In this document: one piece after another, positions 24,572 to 31,737 of the stretch
How the letters are laid out: every line of letters starts with the position of its first letter
How positions within the stretch are numbered: the stretch's first letter is position 1
DNA from: Eubacteriales bacterium
Lineage (GTDB): Bacteria; Bacillota; Clostridia; Oscillospirales; CAG-272
DNA: 34,636 nucleotides
NCBI GenBank assembly: GCA_045126415.1
Contig: JBGVOJ010000174.1
Location: forward strand, 1-34,636
Reading direction: 5' to 3'
The notes under the pieces: generated by a model
What the model was told of the DNA's origin: nothing
Databases searched by the model: none
What the model saw: only the letters and a program-made list of their open reading frames with translations
Made by a program: the position numbers and the translations under genes

Positions 24572-25714
24572 TCAGTCGGGGTTGCGTTCGCCGAGGACGA
24601 TGCGGTACTTCTGGTAGAAGCTTTCGTAATAATCGCCGTCGAGGGCTTCGCGGATCTTCTTCATAAGGTCGTTGTAGAAATACAGGTTGTGCAGAACCGC
24701 GAGACGCATGCCGAGCGCTTCCTTCGCCTTGATGAGGTGACGGATGTACGCGCGGGAGTGATGACGGCAGGCGGGACAGCCGCAGTTTTCGTCGATCGGA
24801 CGGGAGTCGTTCATGTATTTTTCGTTGAGGAGGTTCATCTTTCCGTTCCAGGTGAACAGGTTGCCGTGACGTGCGTTTCTCGACGGCATGACGCAGTCGA
24901 AGAAGTCCACGCCGCGGTGAACGCCTTCGACGATGTTCACGGGCGTACCGACACCCATCAGGTAGCGCGGCTTGTCCTTCGGCATGGAGGGTTCGACCTC
25001 TTCGATGATGCGGTACATTTCTTCGGTTTCTTCGCCGACGGCCAGACCGCCGATCGCGTAGCCGGGGAGGTCGAGTTCGCGGATCTGTTCCATGTGGCGC
25101 ACACGCAGGTCGGCGTAGGTGCTGCCCTGGTTGATGCCGAACAGGAGCTGGCCGGGGTTGATGGTTTCTTCGAGCTGGGAGAGACGGTAGAGTTCTTCCT
25201 TGCATCTGCGGAGCCAGCGGGTTGTACGGTCGCAGGAATTGCGGGTGTAGTTGTATTCGGCGGGGTTTTCAATGCACTCGTCAAACGCCATGGCGATGGT
25301 GGAGCCGAGGTTGGACTGGATGCGCATGCTTTCCTCCGGACCCATGAAAATGCGCTTGCCGTCGATGTGGGAGGCGAAGTACACGCCTTCTTCCTTGATG
25401 CGGCGCAGACCCGCGAGGGAGAAGACCTGGAATCCGCCGCTGTCGGTGAGAGTCGGCTTGTCCCAGCCGGTGAACTTCTGTAAGCCCCCCTGATCGTGGA
25501 CGAGACGGTCGCCCGGACGGATGTGGAGGTGGTAGGTGTTCGACAGCATGACCTGACAGTTGACGTCCATGAGGTCATACGCGGACACGCCGCCTTTGAT
25601 GGCTGCGCAGGTCGCGACGTTCATGAAAACGGGGGTTTCGATTTCGCCGTGGGGAGTGATCAGACGACCGCGGCGTGCGTTGCTGTGTTCGTCGGTTTTT
25701 ATAAGAATGAACAT
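24572..25714 (-). CDS. tgt: Queuine tRNA-ribosyltransferase
   Basis: The start is trimmed to ATG 25714 (RBS AGGAG). Motifs: TPVFMNVATCAAIKG, LTDSGGFQVFSL, YLMGVGTP and the zinc site CGCPACRHHSRAYIRHL. Confidence 0.93.
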   Translation of the reverse strand: MFILIKTDEHSNARRGRLITPHGEIETPVFMNVATCAAIKGGVSAYDLMDVNCQVMLSNTYHLHIRPGDRLVHDQGGLQKFTGWDKPTLTDSGGFQVFSLAGLRRIKEEGVYFASHIDGKRIFMGPEESMRIQSNLGSTIAMAFDECIENPAEYNYTRNSCDRTTRWLRRCKEELYRLSQLEETINPGQLLFGINQGSTYADLRVRHMEQIRELDLPGYAIGGLAVGEETEEMYRIIEEVEPSMPKDKPRYLMGVGTPVNIVEGVHRGVDFFDCVMPSRNARHGNLFTWNGKMNLLNEKYMNDSRPIDENCGCPACRHHSRAYIRHLIKAKEALGMRLAVLHNLYFYNDLMKKIREALDGDYYESFYQKYRIVLGERNPD

Positions 25715-25754
25715 GGTGTTTCTCCTGAAAAAATATAGTATAACGTGACTGAGA

Positions 25755-27860
25755 TCAGCCGCGTTCAAATTGCCGTTCAATTGAGGTTTTCTTGATTTCA
25801 AACGCCACCGGACGACCGTGCGGGCAGGTGCGGATGACGGAACCAGCGGAACTTGTTCCGCCACCGTTTGGTTTGATTAACAGCCGGTCGCAGATCCACT
25901 TGATGTGTGCCATGTCGTAGATTCTGCCGCCCTTCATTGCCGCTTTGCAGGACGCCTGCCACAGCCGTGACTCAAAGAATTCCGCTGCCGCCGACTCCAC
26001 ACTTGCCGTCACATCGGACAGACGGGAGACGAGGGTGGTGAACAGGACGCAGGCTTCGTCTGTGGAAAGTTCGCCGGGGATCTGCGTGATGGAGGTTTTC
26101 TGCGACGCCGCGGTCTGCGGAGTCACGGTATAGTCAAAGCCGAGCGCACGGATCTGGTCGCCGTATTCGGAGAGGGCTTCCGCTTCGGCGTTGGAAACGG
26201 TCATTTCGTACGGTGCGAGGAGCATCTGTCCGCTCTTTTCGCGTTTTTTCATCCGGCGGCAGAGTTCGTCGAACAGAATGCGTTCGTGCGCCGCGTGCTT
26301 GTCGATCATCAGCAGACGGTCTTCGAGCTGCACGATGACGTAGCAGTTGTACGCCTCGCCGAGGATGATGTATTCGGGAATTTCTTCGAATTCTTCCGGT
26401 TCTGTGGAGTTTTCCACAGGATGTGCGGACGGTTTTTCCGGTGCAAATGTCTCCTGCATCGGAACTTTGACGTTTTCCACAGGAAGTTTTTCCGGTACGT
26501 CCGCGGATGATGCCGGAGTTTCGGCGGGTTTCGGCGGGACTTCCGCTTCGGTCTTATCCATCGCTTCGCGGTGGACGCGCATCATATCGAGGTAGGACAC
26601 ATCGCTGCCGTCGGGCATTTTCGGACGCGGCGGCTCCTTCGCGTGGACGGATTTCTGCGCGGGCATCAGCCCGACCTGTGCCGCACCGAGGTTCACGGAC
26701 GGCTTTCTGTCCACGGGAACGAAGGCGTTTTTCAGCTCACCGGCGGTCAGACCGGAGACACGCGGCTGTGTGGATACTGCCGGAGCCTTTGTCGGTTTCT
26801 GCGGCACATCCGTTTTTTGCGCGGAAATCGTTCCGCCGAGGGCACGGCCCATCTGGAGTTCCGGACGCTTCACAGCGGATTCCAGCGCGGTCAGCACGGC
26901 GTAATACACCGCATCAAAGATGAGCTTTTCGTTTGCAAACTTGACTTCGAGCTTCGCCGGATGGACGTTGACGTCCACGGCGGCGGGGTTGAGTCCGATG
27001 TTCAGCACGCACGACGGGAATTTGTCCGAGGCGATTTTTGACGTATACGCCTGTTCGAGCGCGGCTGAGGCGGTTTTGCTCTTGACGTAGCGGCCGTTGA
27101 TGAAGAAGTTCTGCATATTCCGGTTGGCGCGCACCATATCCGGCTCGGAGACGTATCCGGTGATGTGGATGCCGTTTTCCTCGCGGTCGACTTTGAGCAG
27201 CCGCTTGGCGGTGTCTTTGCCGAAGAGTGCCCAGACGGTTTCGGAGAGACTGCCGTTGCCGGCGGTCATGAATTTGATTTCGCCGTCGGAGATGTATTTG
27301 AGGGAGACGTCGGGACGGGAGAGCGCGATTTTTTCGACGACCGCGCCGACCGCGATGGCTTCCGTGGAGTCCTTTTTGAGGAATTTGCGTCTTGCGGGGA
27401 CGTTGAAGAAGAGGTCTTCGACGATGACGGTTGTACCGTCGGCGCAGCCGGTTTCGGTGAGCGACTGGATTTCGCCACCGTCGGACTCGAGCAGGGTGCC
27501 GAAGGGTTCCCCGCGGACTTTTGAGAAGATACGCAGACGTGACACGGACGCAATGGCGGCAAGCGCTTCACCGCGGAAGCCGAGCGTGGAGATTTCGGAC
27601 AGATCGTCGGCCGTGCGGATCTTGCTGGTCGCGTGACGGAGGATGGAGGTCGAAAGGTCTTCGGAATCCATCCCGCAGCCGTTGTCCGCGACACGGATAA
27701 AAGTAATGCCGCCGCGCTGGATTTCGATGGTGACGGCGGTGCTTCCGGCGTCGAGCGCATTTTCCAGCAGCTCCTTCACGACGGAAGCGGGACGGTCGAC
27801 GACCTCCCCGGCGGCAATGAGGTTCGCGACGTCAAAGCCAAGTATATTGATTTTTCCCAA
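25755..27860 (-). CDS. mutL: DNA mismatch repair protein MutL
   Basis: N-terminus ANLIAAGEVVDRPASVVKELLENALDAG (GHKL ATPase), then GFRGEAL, and a C-terminal dimerisation/endonuclease region (DKHAAHERILFDEL). The only in-frame start is TTG 27860, and no Shine-Dalgarno sequence is visible. Confidence 0.9.
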   Translation of the reverse strand: MGKINILGFDVANLIAAGEVVDRPASVVKELLENALDAGSTAVTIEIQRGGITFIRVADNGCGMDSEDLSTSILRHATSKIRTADDLSEISTLGFRGEALAAIASVSRLRIFSKVRGEPFGTLLESDGGEIQSLTETGCADGTTVIVEDLFFNVPARRKFLKKDSTEAIAVGAVVEKIALSRPDVSLKYISDGEIKFMTAGNGSLSETVWALFGKDTAKRLLKVDREENGIHITGYVSEPDMVRANRNMQNFFINGRYVKSKTASAALEQAYTSKIASDKFPSCVLNIGLNPAAVDVNVHPAKLEVKFANEKLIFDAVYYAVLTALESAVKRPELQMGRALGGTISAQKTDVPQKPTKAPAVSTQPRVSGLTAGELKNAFVPVDRKPSVNLGAAQVGLMPAQKSVHAKEPPRPKMPDGSDVSYLDMMRVHREAMDKTEAEVPPKPAETPASSADVPEKLPVENVKVPMQETFAPEKPSAHPVENSTEPEEFEEIPEYIILGEAYNCYVIVQLEDRLLMIDKHAAHERILFDELCRRMKKREKSGQMLLAPYEMTVSNAEAEALSEYGDQIRALGFDYTVTPQTAASQKTSITQIPGELSTDEACVLFTTLVSRLSDVTASVESAAAEFFESRLWQASCKAAMKGGRIYDMAHIKWICDRLLIKPNGGGTSSAGSVIRTCPHGRPVAFEIKKTSIERQFERG

Positions 27861-27867
27861 GGAAGTA

Positions 27868-27945
27868 TGGTTTCTCGGGGGAAACTTTTTTGAAAAAAAG
27901 TTTCCCCCGAACCCCTTTCAAAAAACTTTAAAATGGATGGGTATG
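27868..27945 (-). repeat. Palindromic intergenic repeat, copy R6 (inverted orientation)
   Basis: Stem TCGGGGGAAACTTTTTT (27875-27891) / AAAAAAGTTTCCCCCGA (27894-27910), followed by ACCCCTTTCAAAAAACTTTA (reverse complement of the head). The stem ends 14 nt from the mutL TTG. Confidence 0.9.
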
Positions 27946-27964
27946 TTTTGTGTTATTCGGTAAT

Positions 27965-28510
27965 TTACAGGAGACGGGTATAGTACGCGACATCTGCGAC
28001 CCGTCCGCCGAAATCCGCTTCCGGAAGGATGGCGATGAGGTCAAAAGCGAGTTTTTCGATGAGCCTGCGGGAACGGGCATTGTTCTTGTCGATGGTGGCA
28101 CACAGGCGTTTGAGGTGCAGCGTTTCCGAAGAATACCGCATGATCTCGCGTGCGGTCTCTTCCGCGTAGCCGAGTCCCCAAAAGTTCCGGCGGAAATAAT
28201 AGCCGATCTCGCCGAGGTAACCGTCAACGGTCTTCAGAAGCATACATTCGCCGATGTATTCATCGGTGTCCACAAGAGCAGCGACCCATTCGGTATCCCT
28301 TCGTCCGCGGATCATCCGCAGCATGGAGTGCTCATCGCGCGGCGGATAACCGCCAAGGTAGCGGCGGACATCGTCATTGTTGAACAGGTCAAGCATGAAG
28401 GGGATGTCCTTTTCCGTTTTTCGGCGCAGGATCAGTCGCTGGGTTCGGAGGATGGGAGCTTCTTTTTTTGCTATAGCGAACGTTCCTTTCTTTACAGAAG
28501 TTTTTTCCAC
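27965..28510 (-). CDS. GNAT-family N-acetyltransferase (RimJ/RimL-like)
   Basis: 181 aa. RLILRRKTEKDIPFMLDLFNNDDVRRYL...GEIGYYFRRNFWGLGYAEE resembles Acetyltransf_3-type GNATs. The start overlaps the mutS 3' end by 19 nt. Confidence 0.75.
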   Translation of the reverse strand: MEKTSVKKGTFAIAKKEAPILRTQRLILRRKTEKDIPFMLDLFNNDDVRRYLGGYPPRDEHSMLRMIRGRRDTEWVAALVDTDEYIGECMLLKTVDGYLGEIGYYFRRNFWGLGYAEETAREIMRYSSETLHLKRLCATIDKNNARSRRLIEKLAFDLIAILPEADFGGRVADVAYYTRLL

Positions 28511-31089
28511 TCGTAGATGAGGTTGAGGGCTTCGATCGGCGTGAGCGTATTCACATCTGTATTTTTCAGCTTCTCCTTGACCTCGTCGAACGCGGCGTCC
28601 GTGAAGCTGAAGCTCATCATTGCCGGTTCTTCCTCGGCCTTTTTCGTCTTGCGTGCGGGCTTCTTTTCTCCCTCGCCTTCGAGAGATTTCAGAATTTCCT
28701 TCGCGCGGCGGGTGACTTCTCCCGGAACTCCCGCGAGACGCGCGACTTCGATGCCATAGCTGTCATCGGTCGGGCCGGGGACGATCTTGCGCAGGAACGT
28801 GATGTCCTCGCCGCGCTTTTTCGCCGCGATGTTGTAGTTGACCACGCCGGTCAGCTCGTTTTCAAGGGTTGTCAGCTCGTGATAATGCGTCGCGAACATG
28901 GTTTTCGCGCCGATCTTGCGGCCGACGGTGTATTCCGCGACTGCACGGGCGATGCTCATGCCGTCGTATGTGGACGTGCCGCGCCCGATTTCATCGTAGA
29001 TGATGAAGCTGCGCGAGGTCGCGTTGTTGAGGATGTACGCGACTTCCTTCATTTCCAGCATGAACGTGGACGTGCCCGACGCGAGGTCATCCGACGCGCC
29101 GACGCGGGTGAACAGCTTGTCCACCACGCCGATGTGCGCGGACGATGCGGGGACAAACGAGCCGATCTGCGCCATCAGCACGATCAGCGCGGTCTGCCGC
29201 ATGTACGTCGATTTTCCGGCCATGTTCGGACCGGTAATCAGCATGAGACAGTTGTCCTTCGTGTCGAGATACGCGTCGTTCGGGACAAAATAGGAATCCT
29301 GCACGAATCGTTCAACCACGGGGTGACGTCCGTCCTTGATGTCAATGATCGTACTGCCGTCCACGGTCGGGCAGACGTACGAGTTCTGTGCCGCGCATTC
29401 CGCAAAGGAGACGAACACGTCCAGCATCGCGAGTGCCTGCGCGCTCTGACGGATGCGGGCGGATTCGCGGTTCACGGCATCGCGGATGGCAGCGAACAGA
29501 TCGTATTCGAGGGCTTTCAGCTTGTCGTCCGCACCGAGGATGGTCGCTTCCATGTCCTTCAGCTCGTCGGTGATGTAGCGTTCCTTGTCGGAAAGGGTCT
29601 GCTTCCGGACATAATTTGCCGGAACCTGATCCGCTGCCGAACGCGGAGCTTCAATATAATAGCCGAACACGCGGTTGTAGCCGATTTTCAGCCCCTTGAT
29701 GCCGGTCTTTTCCCTCTCGGATGCCTCGGCTTCGTGAATCCACTCTTTCCCGTTGTTCATGATGTAGCGGAGCTGGTCGACGTCTTCGTGGTAGCCGTCA
29801 CGGATAATGCCGCCTTCGCGCACGACGAACGGGGGATTTTCCACGATCGCCGCGTCAATGGCTTCGTAGATGTCCTCGAGCGTGTCGAGGGTACGGTGGA
29901 TTTCCGCAAGCTCCCCGCTTTTGATGTCGGTGAGCATTGCCTTGATGTCCGGCAGAACCGCCGCCGTCTGTGCAATGGCACGCAGGTCACGTCCGCCCGC
30001 CGTTCCGTAGGAGACTTTCGTAATGAGGCGTTCGAGGTCGAGCACCGACGACAAGCGGTCCCGCAGTTCCTCGCGGAGCATGAAGTTGTCGCACAGTTCG
30101 CCGACCGCCTGCTGGCGCATATAGATCTGGGACGCGTTGGTCAGCGGATGTTCGATCATCTGACGCAGCATGCGCGCACCCATGGAAGTTTCGGTTTTAT
30201 CGAGTACCCACAGAAGCGAACCTTTCTTTTCACCGGAGTTCATCGTTTCGCAAAGCTCCAGACTCCGTCGTGTGGACGTGTCCATTTCCAGAAACTGCGA
30301 GGACTCGTAGTAATTCAGTTTTTTGAGGTACGACAGATCTTTCATCTGCGTGACGGCGATGTACTTCAGTGCCGCACCCGCCGCGATCAGTGCCGCACGG
30401 GGCAGACCCGCCGTCTGTTCCGACGTGAACTGGTTTTCCGTCCGCTCGACCGCCTCGTCCGCTTCAAAGAAGTTCGACGCACCGTCGGTGAGCAGGGCAT
30501 CCGTCCGGTTTTTGATGTACTCCGCCGTCTTCGGCAGAGTTTTCACGGACGTATTCATGAGAATCTCCCGCGCCTGATAGGTCGCGAGTTCATTGATGAC
30601 GGCATCCTCGGACGCACCGTGGAGCCGGAAATCGTGGATTGCCGTCGCCGCAACGTAAGCAGTCGAAATATCGGCAAAGCACAATCCGACGGAATCGCCG
30701 TCGAAGTAGAGCGTCGCGAGATAGTTGTTCGCTTTTTCGTTGAGCAGATCCGTCTCAATCAGCGTCCCCGGCGTGATGACACGGATGACCTCGCGCTTCA
30801 CGAGATTTTTCGCCGATTTCGGGTCTTCCACCTGTTCGCAGATGGCAACCTTATACCCCTTTTCGATCAGACGTCCGATGTAGGTTTCGCTGGAATGATA
30901 GGGAACCCCGCACATCGGGGCGCGTTCCTCTTCGCCGCAGTCACGTCCGGTGAGGGTCAGTTCAAGCTCCGCCGATACCAGCTGCGCATCCTCGAAGAAC
31001 ATTTCGTAGAAGTCTCCGAGACGGTAGAACAGGATAAAATCCTTGTATTGATTTTTGACCTCAAAATATTGCTGCATCATCGGCGTCAT
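28492..31089 (-). CDS. mutS: DNA mismatch repair protein MutS
   Basis: MTPMMQQYFEVKNQYKDFILFYRLGDFYEMFFEDA (mismatch-binding domain), Walker A GPNMAGKSTYMRQ, and DEIGRGTSTYDG. 865 aa. Confidence 0.97.
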   Translation of the reverse strand: MTPMMQQYFEVKNQYKDFILFYRLGDFYEMFFEDAQLVSAELELTLTGRDCGEEERAPMCGVPYHSSETYIGRLIEKGYKVAICEQVEDPKSAKNLVKREVIRVITPGTLIETDLLNEKANNYLATLYFDGDSVGLCFADISTAYVAATAIHDFRLHGASEDAVINELATYQAREILMNTSVKTLPKTAEYIKNRTDALLTDGASNFFEADEAVERTENQFTSEQTAGLPRAALIAAGAALKYIAVTQMKDLSYLKKLNYYESSQFLEMDTSTRRSLELCETMNSGEKKGSLLWVLDKTETSMGARMLRQMIEHPLTNASQIYMRQQAVGELCDNFMLREELRDRLSSVLDLERLITKVSYGTAGGRDLRAIAQTAAVLPDIKAMLTDIKSGELAEIHRTLDTLEDIYEAIDAAIVENPPFVVREGGIIRDGYHEDVDQLRYIMNNGKEWIHEAEASEREKTGIKGLKIGYNRVFGYYIEAPRSAADQVPANYVRKQTLSDKERYITDELKDMEATILGADDKLKALEYDLFAAIRDAVNRESARIRQSAQALAMLDVFVSFAECAAQNSYVCPTVDGSTIIDIKDGRHPVVERFVQDSYFVPNDAYLDTKDNCLMLITGPNMAGKSTYMRQTALIVLMAQIGSFVPASSAHIGVVDKLFTRVGASDDLASGTSTFMLEMKEVAYILNNATSRSFIIYDEIGRGTSTYDGMSIARAVAEYTVGRKIGAKTMFATHYHELTTLENELTGVVNYNIAAKKRGEDITFLRKIVPGPTDDSYGIEVARLAGVPGEVTRRAKEILKSLEGEGEKKPARKTKKAEEEPAMMSFSFTDAAFDEVKEKLKNTDVNTLTPIEALNLIYEWKKLL

Positions 31090-31201
31090 AGCGTATGTAC
31101 CTCACAGGAAGAATGGTTAAAATCACATCACGCTCCGCAGTCAAAAAACGGAGCGCACAGAAAATCAATTTCGGAAAACGCATATTTTCCAAAGTAGTAT
31201 A

Positions 31202-31262
31202 AAGCTTTTTGAAAGGGGTTTGGGGAAAACTTTTTCTCGAAAAAGTTTTCCCCAAAAAACTC
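31202..31262 (+). repeat. Palindromic intergenic repeat, copy R7
   Basis: Head AAGCTTTTTGAAAGGGGTT. Stem GGGGAAAACTTTTT (31222-31235) / AAAAAGTTTTCCCC (31240-31253) with loop CTCG. The tail AAAAAACTCCATTTACTTA runs into the stop codon at 31270-31272. Near-identical to R1. Confidence 0.9.
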
Positions 31263-31269
31263 CATTTAC

Positions 31270-31683
31270 TTAGTGCTGATGGCCGCAGTCGGAGTGGCAG
31301 GATGCGCAGTTGTGGGAGCAGGGGCGCTGACCGGTGATGACGAACTGGAGTTCGCCGTAGACTTCGGTGGTGAGGGCGTCGAATGCCTGCTTTGCGTCAA
31401 CGTATGCCACGTAAACGGGATGGCTGGTGATCTGGTCGTAGAGAGAGTCGATGCGCGCCTGAACGACATTGCGGAGAGCGTCGTCCGCTTCGCCGTTCTT
31501 GCCGAAAGCGTCGGCGAGGGCGTTCTGCTGCATGTTGTATTCTGCGATGAGGTTGTTCAGCTCTTCGGAGCGTTCGTATTCATCAATGGTTTCGCGGATC
31601 GCGAGGTGGCGGGGATCCGCCTTGATGAGTTCGCCGAGCTGTGCGATGAGGGCTTTCATTTCGGGGGTGAGAAGTTCTTCCAT
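31270..31683 (-). CDS. ymcA: YlbF/YmcA-family regulatory protein with a C-terminal Cys/His-rich tail
   Basis: 137 aa, helical, with a YlbF/YmcA-like sequence (IKADPRHLAIRETIDEYERSEELNNLIAEYN). Its position between miaB and mutS mirrors B. subtilis ymcB(miaB)-ymcA...mutS-mutL. The tail is CSHNCASCHSDCGHQH. Confidence 0.6.
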   Translation of the reverse strand: MEELLTPEMKALIAQLGELIKADPRHLAIRETIDEYERSEELNNLIAEYNMQQNALADAFGKNGEADDALRNVVQARIDSLYDQITSHPVYVAYVDAKQAFDALTTEVYGELQFVITGQRPCSHNCASCHSDCGHQH

Positions 31684-31737
31684 GACTGTATTTCCTTTCG
31701 GTTGGTTGGTGATTTATGTGAATTTTGTTGGGTTGGC

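Noticed and set aside
28879-31197. 772-aa plus-strand ORF antisense to mutS. Likewise 22097-24211 (+) antisense to the lplA cluster and 11930-13456 (-) antisense to cysS.
   Set aside because: The same reasoning applies. The opposite strand encodes unmistakable MutS, LplA and CysS proteins.
1731-31253. Palindromic repeats considered as a CRISPR array or as ordinary rho-independent terminators
   Set aside because: The copies are kilobases apart with genes in between, and there are no cas genes, so this is not CRISPR. No U/T-run follows the stem on either strand, and two copies sit just upstream of start codons, so they are not canonical intrinsic terminators. An effect on transcript 3' ends is still possible.
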